DNA of 64,000 nucleotides from a virus (lineage: Duplodnaviria > Heunggongvirae > Uroviricota > Caudoviricetes). A model generated the notes under the pieces. The model ran no database searches and was not told the origin of the DNA. It was given only the letters and a program-made list of their open reading frames with translations. Position numbers and translations under genes: made by a program. Below, piece by piece: positions 24,201-29,962 of the stretch (position 1 is the stretch's first letter; each line of letters opens with the position of its first letter). The DNA lies in the IMG/VR virus record IMGVR_UViG_3300032335_000499; one strand, given 5' to 3'.

Positions 24201-27200
24201 TAGGTAAGTGGGAATTGATAGATAGCGGCGACCGTAGATTGAATGCAATGGATAGAACAATCGGATACTATAACCCGACTGTTAATATGCCTGGCGTAGA
24301 TTTAACACAGCTATTTGAAGGTGTAACTTATCCTAACTCAATCTATCAGGGTAACGCATTCCAGCCCAATCAGCAATTCGAACTAGATACTATCCTACAA
24401 GATCAACCATTCTATCCCAATGATGTTGACATGACCGGTATCGTGTATGCCGGCGACAGATATATTGCTTGCGCCAACTTACCCACTTACACCGGCATTG
24501 TTCAGAGTGAGGACGCAGAGCTTTGGGATATTGGTAAACTAACTAATGCAGGCATTGGTGCATCAGACATGGTGTACAATGACGGTCTGTATGTAATGAC
24601 TTCTACTAACCCTGCTACCCCGGTATTTAGAAGTCAGGATGGTATTGTTTGGACTACAAATGGCTACTATACACCGTTCGGATATCTTCCTTACGATGAG
24701 AGTCCATATGACTCAACCTCACTTTCTGTTTCGGCGCTGTCATTGAATTCAGTTGCTTACGGCAACGGTATTTGGGTTGCAGTAGGAGAAAACATTGTAA
24801 CAAGCCCTGACACTTATATTTGGAGCGAAGTTACTAACTTTGACCCCGTTCTGCAAATCAACCTATACGGTGTGCAGTACGTAACGTTAGTAAGTTTCAC
24901 CGGATGGATTGCAGTAGGCAAAGGCAAACGCTATGATTACTCAACTGGTCTTACCGAGCTAGTAGACACAAGTTATATCTATTACAGCGTTAATGGAATA
25001 AATTGGCTTCAGGTTCCCACGGTCACTGATAAGGCATTGTATGGTATTGCGAGTGATGGCACCGGCGCTATTGCAATAGGTGATGAGGGTGTTCGTTTCT
25101 ATTCTGAAACCGGCAGCGACTGGTTCGGAATGAACGAAGCTGCTGTTATTACATTCAGTGAAACTAATTACATTATTGAAATTGCTCCAGCAGCCTTGCA
25201 ATTAAATCAAGAAATTAAGTTTAACACTACATTCTCTGATATAGTAGCAGGAACAAGTTATTATGTCAAGCAAATTGTTTCGCCAACCTTAATTACTATC
25301 TCTGCTACTCCGGGTGGCGTAGTGAAAACACTGAGCGCGGCTGCTGTCCCCGCAAACACTATGTTGTATTCGTATGAAGTAGGGTCAGCCTCTATTCTTG
25401 ACCTATCTTACTCTAACAGCATTTGGATGGGCGTAGGTAACGAAGGTAGAGTATTAACCTCACCTGATGGAATAGTTTGGACTGACCAAGACTCCGGTAC
25501 TGAAAATGTACTTAGAGGAATCACCTATAACAATACCGCAGTTGAGTTTGTTGTAGTTGGACAGAACAATACTATTATTGCGAGTGACGATGACGGTGCA
25601 ACTTGGAATAGTACGTCATTGTTTGCAGTAACACCTTCTACGTATGATGTACAGGGTGCAGCATTTGAGTTTGGTTATGGTCCAGAAGAATTAGTTCCAG
25701 GATTAATTGCTGACAATCTTGTAATGACAGTATCTACCCGTCCCGGTACAAACTGGCCAGTAGAAGAATATGCACACACTGGATTCAATGTTGTAAGTAT
25801 TCAATTAACTCCGACTAGCGGAGAACAAACTGAATATAGTTTTGATGGAGTTGTCAATATTCCGGCTCAAATACTTGTTCAAGTATTGGACGCTACTACT
25901 GAGTTAGGAACTACTCTATCAACAAGTGATTACTCTATTGATTGGCTTACTAAGAAAATTACATTGAATGCACCGCTAGATTACTTGTCACCGTCAACAC
26001 AAAGTTTACGTATTGACGTATACGAAGTAGGTAATGGAGATCAACTAGTTAAATCGAATACTAATATTGACCCAATTCGTACTAATAGTGTTAGCGGATT
26101 TAATGAAATCTATTTGAATTGTAATTACTCAGGATTACTCTACACCGGTAGCGGAGTATTCCAATCAGGTACTTCTGCACAAACTGTACTAGTAACTGCA
26201 ACCGACGGAGTAACTAACAGACTTACATGCGAAGATGTATCTAATCTAGTAGTCAATAGCAGTATAACTTTCCAAGGTTCAGTATTTGGTAACATTGTAG
26301 AAGATACAATTTACTATGTAAAATCAATAAGTACGGCAACTAAAACTATCACAATCTCTGATTCATTTAACGGTAGTACTGGCGTAGCAGGTCCAACATT
26401 TAGTTTAAGTACTGATACCGGAACAATGTATATTAACCTACAAGTAGGAAATGGTTTGGTTTGGACTACCCCGATAATTTATCATAACGGTGTTCAAATG
26501 GTATTCGGTGTTACTGGGCTCATCAGTAAACTTACTGCTGGCACAAATGCTATTACTACAAGTTCTACATCTGGAATGAGCGTAGGAGAACCCATTGTCT
26601 TCTGTGAGGCATGTGGTTCGTTTGGTAATGTTATACAGCCAATGGTAGTTTACTACATAAATTCTATCATTGATGGTAACGAATTTACTATTTCCGCAAC
26701 TCAGGGCGGTCCTGTACTTCCACTTGATAGTTCAACTGGCGGCGCACGATTTGTAACCAATGATTATGCAATCAGCTTACAGCCTAATGACATTCAGGCT
26801 AAATTGATATTCCCGACTGACAGTTATACAACTGAGTCCGACTACATTGTATATTCTATCTTCGGTCAAACATATCCTGAGCAGTATGGATTTGCATTGC
26901 CGCAGACACAGGAGTTTGTTGGCGATGGATCACAGGCATCGTTTGCACTAAACAACTTTGTCGGAGACGATAACCCAATTAACGCAATCGTTGAGATTGA
27001 TGGGCTGAGACAAACCTTATCTAGCTACTCAATTAGCTTTGCTACCGACACTATATTGTTCTTTGCCCCACCCGCAAACGGTTCAGTAATTTCGGTTACT
27101 TCATATAACGATACTAATAGACAATACTTGACCTCACAGTATAACATCACTGGCAACCCAGAATCGTCATTAGTATCTTATACAGTAGGTTCTAGTACTA

Positions 27201-29152
27201 GATCTATCGGAACATATGACCAAGATACTCCAACTGCTCAAACATATGACCAAGATACCCCATCTATCGTATCATTTGATGAACAAATCTGTTATCTAAC
27301 TCTGTCTTCTGGAAGCACTACTACACTTAATATTAATGACCCTGTAGTATTCGATGATGACATTGGTGGAAGCGTTATCGATGACATTGAAGGTATCCTC
27401 GCTGATACCACTTATTATGTTATCGAAATTCTAAGTTCTACCGACTTCATAGTGTCTTCGACTGTGGGCGGAAGTCCAGTCGACCTAGTGAGCGAAACGA
27501 AATCAGTAGGTATGGTTGCTAATGGCTTGACTGTTGCTCCTATCGCAACAATCTCTAACGAAATTACTCCCCCGCTAGCGACAACTAATGCTACTGCATC
27601 TTCGGCAGTTAACGATAGAATAACAGTAACAAGCACTACAGGGTTTGCGTTGGACCAAACTGTCGAGTTCAAAGGAACATCGTTTGATGGTCAAATACTC
27701 ACTGATGGAACACTCTATTTTGTGCAGTCTATCGTATCTTCTACCCAGTTTACAATTTCAACAACCTCGGGCGGAAGCTTATTACCACTAGACGGTGGTA
27801 CAGGCAATATGCAAGTGGTAGTTGGTGGTAGACCGGCTGTGCGTGTAACTACAGAAATCGATCATAACTTTGAAACTAATACATTGATTAGAATTGACGG
27901 TGTACTTGGAGCAGTTCAGCTAAACGGAAATACATATTATGCACGAGTTATAGATGACATTACCTTTGATTTGTATACTGAATCTTATGACCCTAGTGTT
28001 ACCGCAGTAAATTATCCTGTAACTACTATTTCTGCCTACATTAGCGGCGGCTATGCATGGCGTGCAGGACTATTCTACTTGTCATCGGCTACAGTTACTG
28101 GAACAAGCGGTACAGCAATTACCGTAGATTCAACCGCTTCGCTCGTAATTGATACTCCTATCTACTTTAGTAAGATAGAAACTATCGCAGGAACCACATT
28201 TGCTTCAGGTCTTGAATCAGGAGTAGAATATTATGTTAAGGCTATTGACAGCTTTGCAAAAACCTTTAGCGTAAGCACTACTAGAGGCGGCGATGCATTT
28301 GCGCTGACCTCAAGTTCTGAAGTGCTAAATGCAACTCAGTGGTCTCAGGAAAATGTTGATAGACTTTGGGTTACTGTTAATGGTTATCGCATCCCTTCAT
28401 CTAAATTGAGAATTAGCCCAGCCAATGAAGTTGGTATCTTAACCGAAATTCAATCCGGAGATCAAGTAATCATCACTAGCATGATTCCTAACGCAACTCC
28501 TGATGAAGAAATCTATATCAATATCGTAGACGCTACCGAAAATGCAGCAGTCTATAGACAGAACTCATCCACTACTACTTGGATAACTCAACCGATATAT
28601 GATCTTTCAAATACGATTTATGTAAATGATGTTACGCAAATTACTGAACAGACCGTGCAAACTGAAGTTGTTCCTACTGCGGTTAATAATTATTATTACA
28701 TAGGATTGACTGCTGACAAGAATCTAATTACTAGTGTTACCGTATATAATAATTCGACACTCCAAACATTGCCGGCTAGTGCTTACTCAGTAGTACTTGA
28801 CGACTTGACTCCTACGTTAAAGATTGCATCCGGAGTGACAGCCGGGAACTCAGTAACTATTACTGTACTTCAGGGCAACATGATTTACGTCAACGGTGAG
28901 TTTATCGGATTCACTGAAGTTGATGTCGAAAATAATGCATTGATTGGATTGTACAGAGGTACTGACGGAACACCGGCTGAATTCTATATTCCTGAATATG
29001 CTAAGGTATTTGGATTACTATCCTCACAGAGACTACCCGATGTATATTATGATCAGACATGGAATTCATATGTGTGGAATACTACACTAGGAGATCCTTT
29101 ACAGATTAGTAATACTATCCCGGCAAACTTCTTAAAAGCGGACATATCTTAA
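9296..29152 (+). CDS. giant (6618 aa) modular virion structural protein (baseplate wedge / adsorption apparatus)
   Basis: Uninterrupted ORF after gp6. Contains >=14 copies of a G-x4-6-YY(V/I)-x6-8-F(T/S)(I/V)S beta module, FG-GAP-like blades (FGSSVA, FGSAIA, FGYALD, FGKAIK), SxDGxxW Asp-box repeats and CBM5/12-like motifs. Confidence 0.75.
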   Translation: MARVRTLDFLPEVFQTPTNAEFLAATLDQIVNPPNTTRIQGYVGSRFGYGINATDRYVLEPTKVRTDYQLDPGVVFTKTNEPVAKDFISYPGIIDALKLAGGATDNNSRMFESEFYSWDSFIELDKLINFNEYYWLPYGPPAVTVAQSLIYSRADYRVTDNPNSYSIVELGASGTNANPTLTLLRGGIYTFLVDQDTQFWIQSEPGVSGFSANFPNIPVRDVYGVENNGSNLGVVTFNVPQKDAQNEYILPGRNPVDLISTTPFSEVNGVQLSELGNIDGVTGLEGLRVAFYNTGVPNEIGFVSQYYSEDNFDVNNNQYVPPLTVTITSCNTTTLTIATGDTSTFTAGQSITFDTPTIGGLTDGQVYYVRDIVSPTQFTISDYIDGPVYTLTAGTGTMTANINQGLLEEGFYTNVSETYYRITYVGNPDSPVLRLIPDGVIPIGENIIPIYGELWSNRPFYRDVTGVLNLLPQITAPSDILYYQDSTNPNKVGIIRIVESNNTNTLNVDADILTQANFTATNGVVFTNGLKVRFNGDVIPASYLEGEYYVEGVGTRIELVPVDSLVCPEAFTQGGFIPWDTAPYDIGNFDIELFIPVEPDYITIARNSISKNAWSRSNRWFHVSVINATAGYNNNPNILTEYANSDNKARRPIIEFYPNLKLFNSGSQGKAAVDFVDTRATDALSDVAGLNAYYPDVEVYTSNGATIDAVSITPVSVTSTIVGQTYKIETLGNTNWNTFAGTTGVDYVDGNIVRCAVTGTGTGTVVKYSTDITVAESDITGAFQIGMYLGDTDAVLPVNSQVTNLTGAGTGTLTITAAWLTANTVSAVVNASIVGTDTTVNNYGLFTGARIVFAADTDANTLNKIYVAELSTITPGAKPTITLSLAEDGEVLVNEQVAILRGYNYQGASFYYDGFEWLEAQLKSNVNEPPLFDVFDDNGISFGNSDIYGSTTFKGCKLFAYGINDTTIDDPILGFPVRYSAIDNVGDISFDVSLNLDTFNYVAGGAPITQKVNTGYVYNFANLVTFTRELGWQTAVAPSTQYQAFDFPYTAGATPNYFTCDIAKLPDLALDELGWPRIQVFINNRYLTEDEYQVYGTSTSTVVILNQAPVVDTAIQILLLSDQVSKTAYYTIPINLNNNPFNTDLETADIGDIRSHYRDIFINAPNTSGEIFGNNNFRDCGDLISYGTKIIQNSASLVLPGTFLRKQNHDLFSALMFNSREYIKYKQLLVDTVQNSEFTQRYTPSEMLDDALDQITAAKSQGNAFFWSDMLPGKAAFRTNTYTFANSLDTSIYPLTRVYNFETANYNGVLVYLSRTVDNNTVQTQLTNGVDYTISTDSPSLTVTLDLIANDKITIKEYNQTYGSYVPNTPTKLGLYSSFQPTVVLDADYNTPTYFILGHDGSYTKLYGEYIPETNTLTNFVDQVLLEFEKRIYNNLKLGTEVVIKDYEVLPGFFRDSDYSLEEWLAMYTPNFLNWIGQNRLDYKTQFYNKNDFFTYNYTNSQEKLTREPIKQGYWRGLYEYFYDTVTPNSTPWQMLGFADEPTWWQERYGPAPYTSDNLLLWQDLEIGFVWNNTASYVVPELARPGLTQVLPVDSNGDIVAPWTSIVGNYNPSTFQKDWKIGDMGPVELSYRRSSTWPFDLVKLFALTKPAEFYNLAVDLDNYKYNVEFNQYLVNDRSHLIISDVEIYGNGTAKTSYINWIVDYEKQLGIDATTNITTLLDNLDVRLVYRLAGYSDKNLLQFYVEKGSPNSNNASLLIPDESYSVLLYDNQPYDKLAYSSVVIQSVDGGYTVYGNSQTFSYFTVKEPIYNGKWVNYDVTGVTTRVAEDYATTDVLVPYGTKFYTIQEVAQFLASYSAWTQSKGMIFQEIESGIEINWRLMIQEFMYWTQTGWVEGSVLTLNPAATVLEIDQVSTIVQPLTVQNQNFILNQNLYPVQLNNICVLRDGTRFRVHTLNQGDAFSYAQFNLSNFEHGIVFNNETLFNDTIYNLTTGLRQNRIYLRGTKTAEWDGTVDAWGFVLNQDNVVEWSRELKYTKGSIVLYKNKYWSALKIVEPSSVFNELEWKEIDYADIQKGLLPNASTRAYESTLYYDINNANLENDADLLSYSLIGYRPRDYLALADLTDVTQINVYRNLIRDKGTLNAANAFKGANLPQGGIDYTLYENWAILSGEYGGLLNDNFVEFKLDQPSLTGNPSIVSLNNGIYTPGAQQEVSLYSLFNYGRLPESPNILSTTTETYPVALYPNAGYVNFNDVKMASYYYAGLPSAINRSGTYIPVNQFYVRDYLWLANFKEKWAVYSWKPIAEVIQVRGNINDTATITFSKPHGLSKLDPIAIINFADNIDGYYIVSDIVNLTQIIINLTAPTAQNTPLIGRGLGMKFVNQRVATPADIKDLDLLEAEFTKNTVWVDENTDGGWAVYRKNINYQLQTELSRPISEFETGYGVTFGSSVAYTSQAGYLIGDAGAGKVYRYAVNLLSGDFNVVETLTNGTSFGAKIVYGQNVYAISEPTSVTPAVYLYIINNSVVSDDMTDNTTLTPEPYQTILAPGGVTDWGSQLAMSDDANWIYISDVDNDQVYVYRRQNFSLDAGYFVPTETYIITSLGNTDFTLIGAVENKVGITFVATGAGTGTGTATQSSYKFATIIDGSLEVAAGSNFGSAIATDYKGDTVIIGAPNVDYSMSVNDWGKALVYQRRMQNVEVQYTSIPNEPQVYSLGWSPTSLDVTVTSISGNELVCVDTTGMTVNDPVLFSGSVFSGSDVSVGGIVYYVEDVVDSTHFTIKTSRSSSTAATINNFTPSVDAASAIVPGQTYIIVSVGTTDFTAIGASANTVGVVFTATTAGTGTGTASKVMIANVQTNPLYVSVNGTLVADNNYAIVSDDLYYVGAVNGGDIVNISDSGFDFVQEVNSQFNDRPGIQFGYALDCDTQGAMFVVGAPYEINSNNVEGAAYTYINGGARYGVVIGTNECNITTDRNLLLNGYLVPLTAGNATLAAQIINGTNITNVQASATADNKLIIQVINTDLSIYNEKLLVAADSATLSELGIELYTNTQIVTIPHVYGQSQFGKAIKFNDRGSLLVSAPVGTRFAATTFDFTDDENLDNDTIFDNNATRFIDEYPNAGAVYMFDYLGTYNENLLNSGKFVYAQAVNYTQTEYGFNPYYGEAIEFNDNVVMVGAPDFIPAQNGGLITVFDNASGISDWSEFRQSSPIVDVNKIQNSQIFSAETNNTLANLDYMDPLQGKLLGVVRENLDYVAGIDPAKYNSDLADQTGYNWGSEQVGQLWFNTNNIRFMNYHQNDVVYNSEYWGTLFPGSDIAVYTWVVSNVPPNQYQGPGIPFNTNLYCVASTINASGVVVPIYYFWARNTNVISEYREKTLSDFVIANYISNPRGSGVAYMAPLLPNTFALYNCSSVINANDSVFHIGYANGTSDDVGHQEFTLIRQNYPDDFLPGLPNSVIMHGNNTNVNQNVYNTQLPSGLYDRMLDSLSGCDEDGQVVPNPFLPKAVQSGVLARPRQSFFFDRFDAVKNYLIYANDVLAQFPITETRPNATFLFASGEFYDTADYWEYVNWWAIGYDNNTKSVIQVGIYSDLATLNVAVGTLVTVEQNGAGKFEVYRYDGDSIWTRVGLENGTIQFKTFLWDYAAGKFGFSGDFFDNTSYDLYPSEETRYIIRALNEQIYLDELVEFRNKSLIILFEYIQSETIESQNYLPWLNKTSLLDVSHTIRELRPVEVFQSDNQDFLEGYINEAKPYHVVIKEFIFSYKGQEDYLGNFTDFDLPATYNTTYQKFISPQLVYGDPSTEYQYSATSDIWNNPSYSAWFENYGISITGEDNYPITTLVSYVSLSSNYIIVDNAQGFPINGVIRIGDEDISYAYVDRALNILGGLVRGLNNTTTGDHLPNEQVYIDLPAVVVLNGGSNYSEPPQITAYIDLAVYPEPSEAAVFEAVMSNGVVQSVTVINPGRGYAVLPELIVAPSEEIYFTNNDINSELHTVRLYAPNLRTGDLVKFRSGTNTSGLSTVSVGKLVDDQWYYINVLEDTPTAIVAFYTNYADALQDHDRIAIFANGESNNLSIAPGAKVSAISSSAPIRENNITLRFDRTTYGSQVQDWRAGAYYGSFFAGSYYNSESVSSSNILLDNEFPDINTILASAQGATFEIVDVTNDQELDWSSFIRYILSTTASTDAIRLVPQTNSFVATGSISNGSGASGTTMTILEVDSGTIELGTFIYGSGIDPDTYVVSQLSGTTGGAGTYQLSVAAFTGNIQITGYDLFNYLPNTSGTTVGFYEGMPIKFVGAVIGGLVNNQTYYVKDIINDLDFTVSATVGGGTLALSDASASLAGLECYTGEVVNTAVLTVNYPGILEVTASTSGTNALTVPTSVIGTGGTYNFYTNLPVFFTGDVFGGIIENEPYYITTVIDEENFTISTTQNPLMIDVSATIGSTDTVVLSSVDGITINTPIIFVDLVGATGGIVQGTTYYVSAIDTVNNEIKIALTINGTPVDLSNSSVTGTLISQAGVVTLTTATGTMTMNVSLPVSPGQINGQLFTLYGTSPQFPDITSGTVSDKIIRTVNATVDTSNVIAISSVQGGTSFFYKNMPVSFDISVGGLSPDPTYYYIVEFSGMDDPLNVGEVFPNIQVQVVSTSSTGNLITVDVSEGFDTDSLYVGMPIVFSGTGFGNIIIDREYFVASIPSSTTFTIKETLVGSTFVLQNGSGLMIGTGDPYVKVSTAPDGAAETLTTDVAPGAIMTQYIIDPPIFDMSYVVGGYRAIIQDGGEGFAINNTITISGVEVGGTTPANDITLTVNTVDASGVITSVICAGTAPGQSNQYYLKVISPTQLEVYSDPLMNVPVSGIDFAYEGFTTTSVTETQASTDTLTLTDTTGFEVNDAIVFTGNVAGNVVANETYYIVDVTGNDIQISENPGGSVFALATVLSANFTAAKPGSVALLPEPFFFNQSIVKFNGRVYVCIISNDDSEFVLGKWELIDSGDRRLNAMDRTIGYYNPTVNMPGVDLTQLFEGVTYPNSIYQGNAFQPNQQFELDTILQDQPFYPNDVDMTGIVYAGDRYIACANLPTYTGIVQSEDAELWDIGKLTNAGIGASDMVYNDGLYVMTSTNPATPVFRSQDGIVWTTNGYYTPFGYLPYDESPYDSTSLSVSALSLNSVAYGNGIWVAVGENIVTSPDTYIWSEVTNFDPVLQINLYGVQYVTLVSFTGWIAVGKGKRYDYSTGLTELVDTSYIYYSVNGINWLQVPTVTDKALYGIASDGTGAIAIGDEGVRFYSETGSDWFGMNEAAVITFSETNYIIEIAPAALQLNQEIKFNTTFSDIVAGTSYYVKQIVSPTLITISATPGGVVKTLSAAAVPANTMLYSYEVGSASILDLSYSNSIWMGVGNEGRVLTSPDGIVWTDQDSGTENVLRGITYNNTAVEFVVVGQNNTIIASDDDGATWNSTSLFAVTPSTYDVQGAAFEFGYGPEELVPGLIADNLVMTVSTRPGTNWPVEEYAHTGFNVVSIQLTPTSGEQTEYSFDGVVNIPAQILVQVLDATTELGTTLSTSDYSIDWLTKKITLNAPLDYLSPSTQSLRIDVYEVGNGDQLVKSNTNIDPIRTNSVSGFNEIYLNCNYSGLLYTGSGVFQSGTSAQTVLVTATDGVTNRLTCEDVSNLVVNSSITFQGSVFGNIVEDTIYYVKSISTATKTITISDSFNGSTGVAGPTFSLSTDTGTMYINLQVGNGLVWTTPIIYHNGVQMVFGVTGLISKLTAGTNAITTSSTSGMSVGEPIVFCEACGSFGNVIQPMVVYYINSIIDGNEFTISATQGGPVLPLDSSTGGARFVTNDYAISLQPNDIQAKLIFPTDSYTTESDYIVYSIFGQTYPEQYGFALPQTQEFVGDGSQASFALNNFVGDDNPINAIVEIDGLRQTLSSYSISFATDTILFFAPPANGSVISVTSYNDTNRQYLTSQYNITGNPESSLVSYTVGSSTRSIGTYDQDTPTAQTYDQDTPSIVSFDEQICYLTLSSGSTTTLNINDPVVFDDDIGGSVIDDIEGILADTTYYVIEILSSTDFIVSSTVGGSPVDLVSETKSVGMVANGLTVAPIATISNEITPPLATTNATASSAVNDRITVTSTTGFALDQTVEFKGTSFDGQILTDGTLYFVQSIVSSTQFTISTTSGGSLLPLDGGTGNMQVVVGGRPAVRVTTEIDHNFETNTLIRIDGVLGAVQLNGNTYYARVIDDITFDLYTESYDPSVTAVNYPVTTISAYISGGYAWRAGLFYLSSATVTGTSGTAITVDSTASLVIDTPIYFSKIETIAGTTFASGLESGVEYYVKAIDSFAKTFSVSTTRGGDAFALTSSSEVLNATQWSQENVDRLWVTVNGYRIPSSKLRISPANEVGILTEIQSGDQVIITSMIPNATPDEEIYINIVDATENAAVYRQNSSTTTWITQPIYDLSNTIYVNDVTQITEQTVQTEVVPTAVNNYYYIGLTADKNLITSVTVYNNSTLQTLPASAYSVVLDDLTPTLKIASGVTAGNSVTITVLQGNMIYVNGEFIGFTEVDVENNALIGLYRGTDGTPAEFYIPEYAKVFGLLSSQRLPDVYYDQTWNSYVWNTTLGDPLQISNTIPANFLKADIS
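27211..27258 (+). repeat. in-frame 30-nt-period duplication (TYDQDTP x2)
   Basis: aacatatgaccaagatac is identical at 27211-27228 and 27241-27258. Confidence 0.85.
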
Positions 29153-29154
29153 AT

Positions 29155-29162
29155 GATAAATA
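29155..29162 (+). promoter_or_regulatory. late-promoter-like motif GATAAATA, 5 nt before ATG 29168
   Basis: Intergenic, recurrent motif. Confidence 0.6.
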
Positions 29163-29167
29163 ACACT

Positions 29168-29320
29168 ATGAAAGAATCTAAGTCGCAAAATGAAGGAAAG
29201 ACGGTCAAAACCTCATCCGCTAAACCAAATGAGGTCGGCGGGTTCTACTTCTCTTCTGGTATTAAGATTTTTGATCCACAGACCCAAGAAGTATTAGTGC
29301 AGAAAAGAGGGGATAGTTAA
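29168..29320 (+). CDS. 50-aa protein (not in ORF track) resembling the N-terminus of the next gene
   Basis: MKESKSQNEGKTVKTSSAKPNEVGGFYFSSGIKIFDPQTQEVLVQKRGDS*; follows a promoter motif and its TAA overlaps the next ATG. Confidence 0.7.
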   Translation: MKESKSQNEGKTVKTSSAKPNEVGGFYFSSGIKIFDPQTQEVLVQKRGDS

Positions 29321-29940
29321 TGTCTGTTATCAATTTGTCGTATAAAGTTGAAGGTTTTTTAAAAATCTATGATCCAAACGACGGAGAAGTATTCGTAGAG
29401 AAAAAGAATGCTATCAACTATGAAAATATGTCGGAAGCAATCGCAGATACGTTGAGTAGTCGCGGCATCGGAGAAATCTATCAGATGGCATTTGGTAATG
29501 GCGGCGCAGCAGTTGATCAGACTGGTGTAATCACATATCTTCCACCCAACGTGACTGGTCAAAATGCAGCATTGTACAATCAGACCTATGCTAAAATCGT
29601 AGATGACACAAGTGTTTTCAATCTTGATCCTACTAGAAATAAGATGACTGTTTTCCACACTACTGGAAGAACCTATACAGATATTTTAGTACAGTGTTTG
29701 CTAGACTATGGTGAACCCTCAGGACAGGATGCATTTGACAATAGCACACAAACAAATAGCGCATATGTATTTGATGAACTAGGGCTTTTAGCTAACTATG
29801 GTACTGACAGCACCGGTAACGTCATTACTCGTTTGCTGACCCATGTCATTTTTCACCCAGTTCAAAAATCATTAAACCGCCAAATTCAAATCGATTATAC
29901 AGTTCGAATTCAGAGTTTGACGAACTTAGTAACAATTTAA
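29320..29940 (+). CDS. virion structural protein (baseplate / fibre attachment, putative)
   Basis: 206-aa ORF between the giant protein and the fibres; MAFGNGG, FDELGL and HPVQKSLNR..IDYTVRI motifs resemble fibre-attachment proteins. Confidence 0.6.
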   Translation: MSVINLSYKVEGFLKIYDPNDGEVFVEKKNAINYENMSEAIADTLSSRGIGEIYQMAFGNGGAAVDQTGVITYLPPNVTGQNAALYNQTYAKIVDDTSVFNLDPTRNKMTVFHTTGRTYTDILVQCLLDYGEPSGQDAFDNSTQTNSAYVFDELGLLANYGTDSTGNVITRLLTHVIFHPVQKSLNRQIQIDYTVRIQSLTNLVTI

Positions 29941-29962
29941 TATAGTTCGGGGAGTGTAGGCA

